DNA of 64,000 nt from Naegleria gruberi (lineage: Eukaryota): NCBI GenBank assembly GCA_000004985.1, contig GG738872.1; one strand, 5' to 3'. A program made the translations under genes and the position numbers. Positions 9,800-21,119 of this stretch are shown here, one piece after another; the stretch's first letter is position 1; the number at the start of each line of letters is the position of its first letter. The notes under the pieces are model-generated. The model searched no databases, had not been told where the DNA came from, and saw only the letters and a program-made list of their open reading frames with translations.

Positions 9800-10978
9800 A
9801 TGCAACAAGAGAGCCGAACCCTTACATCACCTGAAAAGTTTCAAATTGCAAGATTAAGGGTAATCAAAGGTATGAAAGATGGAGGATTCTTATCAGAAGA
9901 AGACTTCAACAAGGAGAGGATGAAAATCATTGATAATATGGTTGGACTATCGCCAAGAAAACAATCAAATCCTAACACCCCCATAAAACCAAATACTGTA
10001 CTATCGCCTCCTTCCACTCCTCGTCTACCAACTCCATCACCTAGTACAATAACACCCCCAAGACAAAATGAACAATCGGATCCAATTCTATCACAAAATA
10101 TTAGATTAACAGAGGACTCTGCCGAAGATATTGAAAGAATAAGGGAACAATTTAGGGATTTTAAGATTATGATCATGGCCAAATTACAAATCCTTGAAGA
10201 GGGTTATTTACTTCATTTCAAATCAATGAAAACTCTTCCATCATCATCAGAATTAGGGGATTTAAATAAGAATTTAAATAAGAGAATGGATCAAATTATT
10301 CAACAATTTTCTGAAAAAGTGGCAACCCTGTCTTTAGAGCTTAAAGACATTAGAAGCGATTTGGAGAAGAGAAATCAAAGCGATTATGACACCAAGTTAA
10401 TTGAAATAGAGGAAGAGATTTCAAATATAGCTTTCCAAACACATGAAAGACTCGATGATATGGATCACAAAGTGTCTGAGATGGAAATCTCAAATGTAGA
10501 TATTTACAAAAAACTAGGAGAAACTGTAACATTATTCACTAATCAAAATGAACTCTCAATGAAGAAAGTTGGAGAGACGGAGAAGAAGATTTTGGAAGAG
10601 TTTGAAAATTTCATTAATCAAGCAAAGATAAATAAGGAGAAGGATTTTGCAAACTTGGAATCGAAAATGAAGATATCATTGGCAAAGATGCAAGAACATC
10701 TCGAAAGCTCGCAGGAGGAAGCCTTATCGAACATGGATTCAGAACTGTTTGTCATCAAACAGAGAATGGGAATGGAAGAGATAGACGAAGAAGAGAAAGA
10801 CCCAGTACAAATATTAAACAAACTCAAAGAAGGAGTGGGTGACCAAATGAAATCATTCGAGAAGAAGCTGGAAGAAATATCAAAACCACCACCAGTTGAT
10901 TATGCATCCTTAATACCAACTCTCTTATCAAGAATAGACTCTTTAGAAGAAAAAGTTATATTATTAGAAAAACAATAA
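9800..10978 (+). CDS. coiled-coil protein with an N-terminal SHOCT-like motif and a TP/SP-rich linker
   Basis: ORF 9743..10978, with the first ATG at 9800. TPxxSPxTP cluster (likely proline-directed phospho-sites). Long E/K-rich heptad region. Confidence 0.55.
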   Translation: MQQESRTLTSPEKFQIARLRVIKGMKDGGFLSEEDFNKERMKIIDNMVGLSPRKQSNPNTPIKPNTVLSPPSTPRLPTPSPSTITPPRQNEQSDPILSQNIRLTEDSAEDIERIREQFRDFKIMIMAKLQILEEGYLLHFKSMKTLPSSSELGDLNKNLNKRMDQIIQQFSEKVATLSLELKDIRSDLEKRNQSDYDTKLIEIEEEISNIAFQTHERLDDMDHKVSEMEISNVDIYKKLGETVTLFTNQNELSMKKVGETEKKILEEFENFINQAKINKEKDFANLESKMKISLAKMQEHLESSQEEALSNMDSELFVIKQRMGMEEIDEEEKDPVQILNKLKEGVGDQMKSFEKKLEEISKPPPVDYASLIPTLLSRIDSLEEKVILLEKQ

Positions 10979-10979
10979 G

Positions 10980-13004
10980 TTATTTATCATAAACATTATG
11001 TGAACCAATATTCATGTTGCCTGATATTTCCATAAGAATATTTTCTCTTCTATTTCCACTAAAAGTACATCTATCAATACTACCACGTGAATCATCCTTC
11101 ACCCAAATACCACTTTGTCTTCCTGAGCTGATTTTACAACCAAAAATGGTAGCTGTTGAACTACCTCCCAGTTTGATGTTTGTAAATTGATTGCTGTAAA
11201 TTTCAGTGTCTTGTAATTTAAGAGTACCATTACCTTTGGCTGAAATGCCAGTTTGCTTTCCATTATATACTTTACAATTCTCTATTTTTGCTTCGGATGT
11301 GTCAACTGATAAAATATTTGGATTATTGTTTTGGTAAATTGAACAATCTTTGACTGTAGCACTTGCATAACCTCTAACAAGAATTCCATTCTTTGTATTG
11401 TCATGAATGTCACATGAACACAAAATTGGTCCTGCTCTTCCTCCAACATCAACCCCAGATGATGTGTGTCCATAAATGTGATCGTACTCGAATATTGGTT
11501 TACAAAGATCCTTAAGCACAATACCTCGTAATTCTTCATTTTGTTTCTTTGTGCCTGTAAAATAAATAGTGTTAGAATGGAAGCTTGGCTTGGCAAACTC
11601 AGATACCAAAACATTCTTTCCAAAGTTATCATAAATAGAATTATTCTTAATTTCTGATGAGCATTTTCCTTTGGCCCAAATTCCAAAAGAAAGACCATCC
11701 CTAATCTTGTTATTAACAATTTCAGCATCAGAATCCTCGGTAATATATACATTTGGATAGGCATTTTGATAAATGTCGTTTTCCTCTATCTTTCCACCAG
11801 CATCCATTTTGAGAACTATACCATTCTCCTTGCAGTTGTGGATTTCATTTCTCGAAATAAATGGTTTGGCCTTATGTGATACAAATATGCCAGATCTTTT
11901 GTTGTTAGAAATAATATTCGAAATAATATGTGGATGAGAGTTATCACGAATGAATATTCCTCCAGATTTGCCATCAGAAATATCATTATTCTTAAGTATT
12001 GGATGAGACTTTCCTCTACAAGTAACACCCTCATAATTGTTTCTTAATATTTTGTTGTTTTTGATAATACCACTAGCATTCTTGCAAAATAAAATACCAA
12101 TCTTTGTACAATCCATAATGGAACAATTAGCAATAATTGGCTCTGCAAAGCCAGTCAAGTATAAACCATGTTCTACACTTGACATTATGTAACAATTAAG
12201 GATCTGGGTCTGGAATGAATTTTCAACTCTAGGACCGTCTACTTCTAACAATCCAGTATTTCTACTGCTTGTTGCTGGATCAATCTCTGAGCTACAGTCA
12301 TGATAAAAGGCCAAGTTAGAAAGTGTCACGTAATTTTCCACTACAGACATTAGGGGAACAGGTTGTGTACAAATAATTTTCACATTTGCTGGATTTTCTC
12401 CTGTAATATGTACACCTTCGACATTTACTGTTATGGTACTAGATACCTTATGTATGCCCGGACTTACTTGAATAGTATCATAAGGTAAAGCATTGGCTAA
12501 TGCTGCCTCAATAGAATGATAATGAGAAGGCTCATTGGAAACGTATAAAGTTCTTTTTCCTGCTCTCCTATCATCCAAATCTATTGCTACAATTTTCTTC
12601 TTTTTAGTTTTTGGAGCCATATCACATGATGATGAAGATGAATAATTGTTAGAAATATTTCTAAGTGGTTCTCTATCATCATTAGCAAAATTTCTCTTTC
12701 TCTTTTGCATGTTGGATTTTGGAATTTCATTTTCATCGGTCAATGAACATTTTGTCTTAAGCTCGGAAGTAATACCAAATGTTGAATCATTCAGAGAATT
12801 ACTAGATAAAATCATATTGTGAGGAGTTATTGTTGTTTGTTTAATACCAAACCAGCCTGACTCGAGATCAAGTCGGGTTTTGCTATCCTCCTCTACAATA
12901 ACTTCTTCATCGTCAATACCAAACAAATCCATATTGATTGCACGTGTTGGTGTTGGGGTTACTAGTTTGTCATTATCAAAATCTAACGAAAAGGACGGAA
13001 ACAT
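10980..13004 (-). CDS. right-handed parallel beta-helix (PbH1/CASH) repeat protein
   Basis: 674-aa ORF with about 10 repeats of the form N.I..N...GI.V..........N.I, typical of pectate-lyase-fold PbH1/CASH domains as in FBXO11. The N-terminus is disordered. Confidence 0.6.
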   Translation of the reverse strand: MFPSFSLDFDNDKLVTPTPTRAINMDLFGIDDEEVIVEEDSKTRLDLESGWFGIKQTTITPHNMILSSNSLNDSTFGITSELKTKCSLTDENEIPKSNMQKRKRNFANDDREPLRNISNNYSSSSSCDMAPKTKKKKIVAIDLDDRRAGKRTLYVSNEPSHYHSIEAALANALPYDTIQVSPGIHKVSSTITVNVEGVHITGENPANVKIICTQPVPLMSVVENYVTLSNLAFYHDCSSEIDPATSSRNTGLLEVDGPRVENSFQTQILNCYIMSSVEHGLYLTGFAEPIIANCSIMDCTKIGILFCKNASGIIKNNKILRNNYEGVTCRGKSHPILKNNDISDGKSGGIFIRDNSHPHIISNIISNNKRSGIFVSHKAKPFISRNEIHNCKENGIVLKMDAGGKIEENDIYQNAYPNVYITEDSDAEIVNNKIRDGLSFGIWAKGKCSSEIKNNSIYDNFGKNVLVSEFAKPSFHSNTIYFTGTKKQNEELRGIVLKDLCKPIFEYDHIYGHTSSGVDVGGRAGPILCSCDIHDNTKNGILVRGYASATVKDCSIYQNNNPNILSVDTSEAKIENCKVYNGKQTGISAKGNGTLKLQDTEIYSNQFTNIKLGGSSTATIFGCKISSGRQSGIWVKDDSRGSIDRCTFSGNRRENILMEISGNMNIGSHNVYDK

Positions 13005-13346
13005 TTTGTTGACTCGTGTTTAATATAGAGCGCTACAATGAAATATTATTCCTTGTTGTGATGAGAGAAAAAGAAGAAGGCTTGTTGTTCTTGTGTTCTG
13101 AGCGGCAGAGTGTTTTTTGATCACAACAAGTGGCGCGCTTTTTTTTGATGAATTTTTAAATTGAAACGGTTCGATTTTTAAAATATTGTGAAAATTGGCT
13201 CGGTTCGAGTGTTGGCAAGAATTGCAAAAAGTGTGGCGCCGATTCATGGCTACAGAAAAATATCAATTTGGCTATTCGCAAAAGAAAAAGTATTCTCAAT
13301 GTGTTGTGGTGCAATTTCGAAATGATTAAAAGATGAAGAGAAAAAA

Positions 13347-15779
13347 ATGTTGCCAACTCTACAATCATTGTTTGATCCGATTGTCGGATCGGTGGAGAAG
13401 GCACTAGAAGGATTTGAAGAAGAAAATCAAGTGATATTCAATAGAGAATTGATAAGAGGTATTTATTTGTTCGGCTCACAGGTTTACTTTTGTAGGAAAC
13501 ATGGAGTATTAGATGAAACTTATTCCAAGTTAAAGTTTCAAACAAAAGATGATGAAATATTGGAATATTTGGATGATTCCGATTTTGATTTAATAATAGT
13601 GTGTGATGAGATGGTTTCTAGGAATTTTAGTGAAGGTGGATTGGCTGCTGATTTGCAATTTAAATTATATTTTGATTTACCAATTAAAACTTTTGATGGA
13701 AAAGAGTTGGAAGTGGAATTTGAAGTGTCTTTGGTTAATACTAAATACTTTATTTCATTTGTGAACTATCATCAACCTGTGCTGTTGCAACTTATTTGTG
13801 AGGAGAAATTAGACGAAAGATTTGTCATTTACGAAGAGGATTCAATGAGAAGGTGGAGAAGAGAATTTGGAAATTATTTTCTAAGAATTCCAAGGCTGAA
13901 ATATGCCTTCATTCACGAGTTAAATTATTCCATGAACAAATCTTTTAGATTTTGGAATTCATACATTGAGAGCTCACAAACGGATGAGACTTCATTGAAA
14001 AAAGTCAAGAAGAATATCTGTCACGGTTACAGATTGTTGAGGGTATGTTTCATTGAAGATAGTCATATTTAAACTTTATAGTTTGCTCACCAAATCCTGA
14101 TTCATGGAAGTGTATCTGACTTTTCAGAAACCAATGACTTTTACCAGCAAGTGTTTGTCAAGACGCAAAATTATACCTCTTGGAAGGAATATGAACAAGA
14201 ATATCAGAAATTTTATGATGACCTTGAAGAAAAATTTGAATCTCTTTGTAATTTTATTTTGGATAAGGCTGAGTCCTTACTTGTTGGAAATAGCTCAGAA
14301 CTAGCTATACTATCCTTTTTAAGGGAATCAAAACAAATCACCGATGAGTTTTTACATATATCCAACACGGATAATAGAAGTGTTGCTGTAAACTCTTTAG
14401 ATTTTCTGTACAGAGGAACAAGTAGCTCTTCAAGATTATTCTCATTAAGGGTTCACCCATTTGACTCACTTAAAACCACATTCGAGTTTTCACTAGATCC
14501 TCGCATTCATAGATCTGAAAATCCTCTCCTATATTTCAAAAGAGAAGATATTCGACAATGTAACGGATTGGTTGTGGAACAAATGGAAGGAACGAACAGA
14601 GCTATTTGCCTTCCGAGACCTCAATTACTTGATGTGAGAGAGTTTGAAAAGAGGGTTGGATCTGTAGAGCAAGAAAAGATCAACGCATTCTTATTCAATT
14701 CGGTCAAATACTACAGATGCTTCAAAAAACCATTTGGAAAGAATGTAAATATGTTTTTTGCATCTGATAACTGGGTACTAGCTTCCCCAGATTTGGATTT
14801 TAATGACTGGAAAGATACAATCTATTTGAGGAGGAAAGATACATGTTGGAGGAAAGATTTTTGGGACTGCTTTAATGATCTAGGAATGAAAAATCCTACC
14901 GATAGAACCAGTACTTTTATGTTTTGTTGGAATACGACCAGAAATAGCATTATGTTTGTTGGTAGCATTAAAAATGAGACCTATGTAGAGAATGTATTTG
15001 AATATGAAGAAACTGGAAAGAATTTGAATTGGGAGGTGATAGAAAGAGTTGCATCCTTGGATTTGGAAAAATGTTCACTCCTATCAATGAAAGAACAAAA
15101 TGAATGGATGTCCTCTCTTTCTCAAACTGTAATAGAGCTTAATCCTGAAATTTATGAGGGATTGCTATTTATTTCTCTTGAAAATCATTCAACAATTAAT
15201 TATCATGAATATAGAGCTTTTGAAATGAAGTGCCCTGTTCATCACCATATCAAAATACTCAATCTAACAAATAAGAATTATCCTAGCAGTGAGGTTCTTG
15301 ATTCTGTTGTAATTGAAAATCCACCTAGATCACTTATTAATTCTGACAAGATTGACCAACACCTTCTTGAGTGTGCGGTTCTTTCCAATTTTGATATCAC
15401 CCAAACAATTAGAGAAATTAATCCACTCTTCCAAGCCCCTTATAAGACTGTGCTAGAGAAATACGAAAGACTATGTCTTGATATTGACTCATTCTACCAT
15501 GAACAAATCCAGCAACACCCACTTTCAAAAATCAGCTCACTTTCCCTTCGCCTTTGCTTGAATCAACAAAAAATCCCTCAAAAACAACTCAAAGACCTTG
15601 TATTCAGACTCAAAACTTTTGAGGAATCTAGAAGTGATCCATTACTCAAATCTCACACTTTCTTTCAACATTTCATTTCACTATTACAGGTCCAACCGAA
15701 TCAGAAAAAGGCACGAGTTGAATTACAAACATTAATCAAACTTATCAAAATCTATGATTCCTCAAATACTCTGTACTAA
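13347..15779 (+). CDS. large hypothetical protein of about 770 aa. Two exons: 13347..14042 and 14082..15779, with a 39-nt GTATGT...TATAG intron.
   Basis: ORFs 13347..14072 and 14151..15779 are in phase across the GTATGT/TATAG intron, removing the TAA at 14070. No confident domain. There is a weak nucleotidyltransferase-like GS...DSDFD pattern near the N-terminus. Confidence 0.5.
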
Positions 15780-16141
15780 TGACCCATATCCAATTCATGT
15801 AATGAGTAATATTATCTTACAGTCCACAGTATTGTTAGATTTCAAGAAAATTAACACGACAAAGTGTGGTAAATCCATAATCCAGACAATGCTAAATACC
15901 ATCAGTTCAAAATTGAAAGTGAGTAATAATTCCAAGAAACTCAAGTTGTTTGTAAAATGATTGTATTTGTTCAATTCTCTAAATCGTGCGACCAGTTTTG
16001 AAAAAATCCAGGTACCGCTTCCATTAGGAGTTTAAAAAAAATCGGAGAACAGGCTGTGCTAGGATTCTTGTTGTTAGAGTGTTTTTCAGTTAAATTAAAT
16101 AATCATTATTATAAATTTTGTACAAAGCCAACAGAGTCACA

Positions 16142-16879
16142 ATGTCTTTAGAACAACAACAAAACGTCGCCGAACAAGATCCTTTGGAAGGATGCCAATT
16201 AACAAATAGTGGAAAACATTTATCCCTTGTAGGAAAGGACATTTCGATAATTCCTTCGGCCTTGTTTAGTAGATTTGGTGCTTCTATTGAATCATTGGAT
16301 TTTAGTTTTAATAATTTGAAGAGAGTGGAAAATTTAAATAGATTTACAGCCTTGAAATCTCTCGTACTTGATAATAATTCTATTGATGATGTTAAACATT
16401 TCCCAAGTTTGTCAAATCTGGAAACATTATGGATGAATAACAATAGTATTTATGATTTGGATGCTACTATTGAAGCTTGTCTTCAAAAATTCCCTAAACT
16501 TATTTACTTGAGTTTACTGAAAAACCCAGCTTGTCCAAATGAATTTACTGGAAATGATACTGATGACTATCAACATTACAGACTTTATGTACTTTATAGA
16601 ATGCCAAATTTGAAGTTTTTGGATTCCCGACAAGTAACAGATGAAGAAAGAAAAGAAGCAGCTAGAAGAGGTAAATTCTGTAAAGTAGTCACTCCAGATT
16701 ATTCTCAATTGCAACAACAATCGGATGATACTGCTGACGATAGTCCTAAAGTTGATTATCTTGCTGCAAAGGATTATTATGATAAGGAAAAAACACACTC
16801 ATATTTTGGATATACTAGACATGTGTATACTGGTAAACACAGTGAAGGAAATAGATTTATCAAGAATAACGACTTATAA
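16142..16879 (+). CDS. small SDS22-like leucine-rich repeat protein with an LRR-cap
   Basis: Repeats LxxLxLxxNxI with N/D-rich consensus (LDFSFNNLKRVENL, LVLDNNSIDDV, LWMNNNSIYDL), followed by cap-like LSLLKNPAC. Confidence 0.6.
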   Translation: MSLEQQQNVAEQDPLEGCQLTNSGKHLSLVGKDISIIPSALFSRFGASIESLDFSFNNLKRVENLNRFTALKSLVLDNNSIDDVKHFPSLSNLETLWMNNNSIYDLDATIEACLQKFPKLIYLSLLKNPACPNEFTGNDTDDYQHYRLYVLYRMPNLKFLDSRQVTDEERKEAARRGKFCKVVTPDYSQLQQQSDDTADDSPKVDYLAAKDYYDKEKTHSYFGYTRHVYTGKHSEGNRFIKNNDL

Positions 16880-16906
16880 GTCTACCAAAGTTTTGTGTAC
16901 AGCTGC

Positions 16907-18154
16907 TTAGTTATTTATTGAATAATCATTTTCCAATTCTGTTATTTGTATTATTCGTTCCACTATTTCTTGTTGTTCTGTGGTGAGAGGGATTGTCGAG
17001 CTTTTCAATTTTGGCACAATGCTCTGTTTGATATGAAATAGATATTTTAGTGATTTCTTATCGTATTGAGCTATTTTTTCTTCTGTAGAAGAATTGTTAG
17101 AGATTGGTGTTGTCGTTGTTTCATCTATTTCTGAATCGAAATCTTTTGGTTGCTCCTGTTGTCTATATGTCATCAATTCTTGTTGTTGTAACAAGTGACA
17201 TTGCCAAAAAGCAATAATCGCCTTGTGGTAATATCCTGCTTTTTCAAGACATTCTCCACAGATAGCATAGCTCTCGATACTATTGTTTCCTGTCAGATAC
17301 ATGAAATGAGAATAGCTCTTGAAGGCATTCAAATAGTCATCAAATTTCAAATATAAATCATACTGGCTCAAGAATAATTGCGGATCTAGTGATGGAGCCA
17401 ACTTGATAACAAGTCTATTCAACTCCAAAGCGTACCTTTCCAATTTGTTTTGTTGTAACATCTCGATTATCATTTTAAATTCTTGAACTTGTTCCATATT
17501 TAGCATGGAATAATTTGCTTGAATATTTACAATTTTTGAAATGTATTTTCTATTGAAATAGTCCAACACAAATTTGTATATTTGGGACTCTAATTCTCTC
17601 TTTTCATCTCTTTTAGTGGCTCCTAAATATTTGTCAATTAATTTCCTCAAAAAGAATACCCTCAATTCAAAATCTGATGGATTAACCATCAATTGTCTTA
17701 ATTGTAATTCCTTTAGTGACCTATTTTCCTCAATATTTGTCTTTCTAGCCAATTGTCCACTCTCAAAATCTCTCACTTGACTTCCTTCAATAATACAACT
17801 CTGCAATGATTGAATATTATTCAAATTTGTCGGATACAAGTGTGAATTAAGAACAAAACATCGAAAGGCTTGTTCATATTGTCCCATCCTCTCAAAACAC
17901 TTTCCATAATACCAGAAAATATTCATCAATTCGGTTGGTAATTTTCTCATCAGGAAATTAATTCTCCCTATCAGAGTTAAGCATTCCCGATCATCTTCGT
18001 GGAAATGTTGTTCAATTCTTTTAAATTCATCCTTTAAATATTCAATAGTGTATTTAATATTGTTATTTTCCAATGTAGGATCGGAAGAAGATGATTTCCT
18101 TCGTCGTGCAAAGTATTTTACTTGATGTTGTTGTGGCTTGTTTGCATTTTGCAT
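16907..18154 (-). CDS. hypothetical alpha-helical (TPR-like) protein
   Basis: 415-aa ORF. Helical-repeat composition. No specific motif recognised. Confidence 0.45.
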   Translation of the reverse strand: MQNANKPQQHQVKYFARRRKSSSSDPTLENNNIKYTIEYLKDEFKRIEQHFHEDDRECLTLIGRINFLMRKLPTELMNIFWYYGKCFERMGQYEQAFRCFVLNSHLYPTNLNNIQSLQSCIIEGSQVRDFESGQLARKTNIEENRSLKELQLRQLMVNPSDFELRVFFLRKLIDKYLGATKRDEKRELESQIYKFVLDYFNRKYISKIVNIQANYSMLNMEQVQEFKMIIEMLQQNKLERYALELNRLVIKLAPSLDPQLFLSQYDLYLKFDDYLNAFKSYSHFMYLTGNNSIESYAICGECLEKAGYYHKAIIAFWQCHLLQQQELMTYRQQEQPKDFDSEIDETTTTPISNNSSTEEKIAQYDKKSLKYLFHIKQSIVPKLKSSTIPLTTEQQEIVERIIQITELENDYSINN

Positions 18155-18262
18155 ATTTTTTTAATATATTAATTTAAATAATTATAATATTATATTATTT
18201 AATCTTTAATATTATAATAATATTAATTTTTTAAGGAATAATAATAATAATTTTTTTAAATA

Positions 18263-19780
18263 TTAAAACCCATCATTCATTAATGAAACATTCATTTCCC
18301 TATTTCCAAAAGTTGGTTTTTCTTCTTTTTTATCCGATTCCAAATTAGTTCCTCCAAGACAATCATTTAAAGATCCCATAACCTTATTGACCTTTCGAAT
18401 ATTGGCAGTCTTTCTAAACACTTTAATGAAAATCATCTCAAAGAACAAAACCAACCAAGCCAACACAAAGAAAATAATCAATAATAAGAAAATTCCCCAA
18501 AAATCATGAATTGTAATTCCAGACGAAATTGTGACTTCTTCCTCTCCAGAATGACAACTTCCCTTATCAACCCACCACGATTGAAACAATCGATTCACAA
18601 CTCCACTCTCCCTTAATTCCAATAAAATTACAGAAATATCTTCCATTAATTTCTGATCTGGACTAGCTGTCATATTTCTAGAAATTGCCAAAGCCATATT
18701 CTTTTGATCGAATAGCTCACCAACTTTGAGTGTATCACAAGGAGCCTGATTGGCCACATACTCCACGATTGTATTATCCCAAATAATTGCCTCAATCTCA
18801 TTCTTCCTCAATGCATTCACACAACCATCCAAATCAGGATAAAGAATCATATTCTTTCTAATATCTGCCATTTCATTCGATGTTTTAATATACTCAGCAG
18901 GGTCAGAATTAGCTGGAACTCCAAATTTAAATCCATACTTTCTCAAATCGGAGAGTGAAGTAATTTTTGTTACCTGAATTTTGGTTGTTAAAAAAGCTGC
19001 CAAATTTGCAGTGTAAGTTGCCAAGCAAATCATGGCAAAGATAAAGTAACCAATCATCATGATACGCGTGCTCCAACTTCTGCCAGTTTCACCTCCTGAA
19101 ATTCCTGTGATTGTTGACATGGAATTGAGAAAACTTGAAGATATGGTCAAGTTACTCTTGTCATTATCTTCAGATTCAAGTTTAGAATAACCAAATGGTG
19201 ATAATCTATCAAAAATCCATGAAAATATGCCAATGAGAAAGACTGAAACCAATATTAGAATCCAAACTTCATACGAAAATGGTTTCAGAAATGAGAATGG
19301 ATTATCAGATTCGTCAGCTTTAGGTACCAAAATTGATAAACCAGTATCCAGATAACTTGGTGTGAATTGTATCACAGGATATCTCACAGATGAAACTGAA
19401 AGTGGTCCAACAGCAACATGTGCCTTTCCACTTATCAAATCTCCAATCATTCCATTCCAAACATATTGTAAAGTGCCATCAGAAGTTTTGACTTGTTGTC
19501 TACTTCCGAATAAACCATCTTCTACTTCATAGAGCTCGAGTGATACGTTGTGTAATCGTGATGTAATTTCTCTGAATATATCAATGAGAAATCCATAATA
19601 TCTTCCATCTTGAGAAGTTTCGTTTCTGTTAATAAATACGAAAGGTGGTTGATGAATGGCTACTCCACGAATTGTCATGTCCTTGGTTGCGTAGGCAGAA
19701 ATAACTTGTAATTTAGCATGAAGAAACAATACAAGTAAAAGGAAGGATAAATGCAGCAAACGAGACTTTCGAATAATCAT
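18263..19780 (-). CDS. ionotropic glutamate receptor-like ligand-gated channel lacking an amino-terminal domain (GluR0-like architecture)
   Basis: Signal peptide. S1 lobe with WNGMIGDL...AVGPLSV...R...F..PY. M1 is FSYEVWILILVSVFLIGIF. A pore-loop region follows. The hallmark M3 motif YTANLAAFLT is present. S2 lobe is KYGFKFGVP...WD. M4 is FWGIFLLLIIFFVLAWLV. Confidence 0.75.
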   Translation of the reverse strand: MIIRKSRLLHLSFLLLVLFLHAKLQVISAYATKDMTIRGVAIHQPPFVFINRNETSQDGRYYGFLIDIFREITSRLHNVSLELYEVEDGLFGSRQQVKTSDGTLQYVWNGMIGDLISGKAHVAVGPLSVSSVRYPVIQFTPSYLDTGLSILVPKADESDNPFSFLKPFSYEVWILILVSVFLIGIFSWIFDRLSPFGYSKLESEDNDKSNLTISSSFLNSMSTITGISGGETGRSWSTRIMMIGYFIFAMICLATYTANLAAFLTTKIQVTKITSLSDLRKYGFKFGVPANSDPAEYIKTSNEMADIRKNMILYPDLDGCVNALRKNEIEAIIWDNTIVEYVANQAPCDTLKVGELFDQKNMALAISRNMTASPDQKLMEDISVILLELRESGVVNRLFQSWWVDKGSCHSGEEEVTISSGITIHDFWGIFLLLIIFFVLAWLVLFFEMIFIKVFRKTANIRKVNKVMGSLNDCLGGTNLESDKKEEKPTFGNREMNVSLMNDGF

Positions 19781-20189
19781 GTGATTGATTAGGATAGGTG
19801 ATGTGAAGCTTTTTTTCTGTTTGATTTGCAGGAGTGTGAAACCAAAATGTTCCTCTGGTATTTGCTATCGTGCCAATTTTGGTGGAGTTTGTTGTTTTCA
19901 GTCAACTTGGCAACACGGACCAATACCAATTCTTCCACTCGCATTGTAAACATCACACTATTCGAAAGTGGCAGAAAAGTCTCCCAATTGTTTTCTTAAT
20001 AGATTAATCCAATAACATGTGTTGTTATTCCTCAATAGAAGTAACATTTAGATTTTTGAACATTTACAGTTTTTGGAATGAAAACTAAAATTTTCGTTCT
20101 TTCGTATTCACAAACTTCACGTTCATTCTAAGATCTATTTTTGTAACCTGGAAAAAAACAAAATATTTCGATCAAATAATAGAAAAAAA

Positions 20190-20945
20190 ATGAAACGAGG
20201 CTTTTCGCAATTTTATGAAAGTTTTGAAACTCTGAATGAATATGAAGAATATGAGCATGGGAATTTGATGTATCAATGCTGCACTAATAACAATACCTGC
20301 AATAATAATTATTCATCATCATCGGAAGAAGGAAATGCTTTTGAATATTCTCCATCCAATAAGAAGAAAAAGACAACAACACAACAGACAATAATACTGG
20401 ATAATAATGGTACTCCTACTACGATGTATTATAATAGTGATAGCAGTAACAATGATAGTAGTAATATTATGGATAATGTGATAATTACTGCAACCAATAA
20501 TAAGAGCCGATCATTGTCCATGCAATCAATTTTGCAAGGACAATATTTAGTGCAATATGGTGGTAATAGTGATAGTGTAAATAAGAACAATCATGATATG
20601 AATTCAAGGGGAGAGAGAAGAATTGCTCTATCGATAGTTAGCTCTGAACTACATGGTGGGTTGTTTAATTTTGAGATTGTAGAGTGGAGCTTATTGAAGG
20701 AAGAAGGAAGATCGAAACTTGATGTGTTATCAGGAATAATTCAGTTGAATGGAGATAATAGAATTGGTATGGTGTGCCATAAGAAATCTGTGTTTAAATC
20801 TCTAATATCAGGACCTGAACAGTATTGGAAATGTGAGGAGATTCCACTTGACGAATATCAATCAGTGGTTGCCTTGAGGAAGGGTAATCAATTGGAATTG
20901 AAAATTGTTGTAAGAGGAATCGAATATACCTTCTCTAAACGATAG
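20190..20945 (+). CDS. hypothetical N/S-rich low-complexity protein
   Basis: 251-aa ORF. N-rich N-terminal half. No domain recognised. Confidence 0.45.
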   Translation: MKRGFSQFYESFETLNEYEEYEHGNLMYQCCTNNNTCNNNYSSSSEEGNAFEYSPSNKKKKTTTQQTIILDNNGTPTTMYYNSDSSNNDSSNIMDNVIITATNNKSRSLSMQSILQGQYLVQYGGNSDSVNKNNHDMNSRGERRIALSIVSSELHGGLFNFEIVEWSLLKEEGRSKLDVLSGIIQLNGDNRIGMVCHKKSVFKSLISGPEQYWKCEEIPLDEYQSVVALRKGNQLELKIVVRGIEYTFSKR

Positions 20946-21119
20946 AATATAGTTTCACATTTGAATTTACCCTTTCCCAAAGAAATGGAATGTTATTTAT
21001 GTAAATATCTTGAAAATTAAATTATTCCAATACAAATCATTAGCTCTTTAAAAATTGGTTAAGTGAGGAAATTCGGAAAGAAAATTATTGAAATAATAAT
21101 AATTTATAATCTACAAATT

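Noticed and set aside
9601-10182. Minus-strand ORFs 9601..9789 and 9841..10182 and other 60-120-aa ORFs antisense to longer genes (e.g. 11282..11764, 35670..35903, 36140..36496, 55295..55865)
   Set aside because: They are contained within longer, motif-bearing ORFs on the opposite strand or in another frame. Their translations are low-complexity.
13347-15779. Treating 13347..14072 and 14151..15779 as two genes
   Set aside because: A 39-nt GTATGT...TATAG intron (14043..14081) joins them in phase and removes the only stop. The second ORF lacks an ATG.
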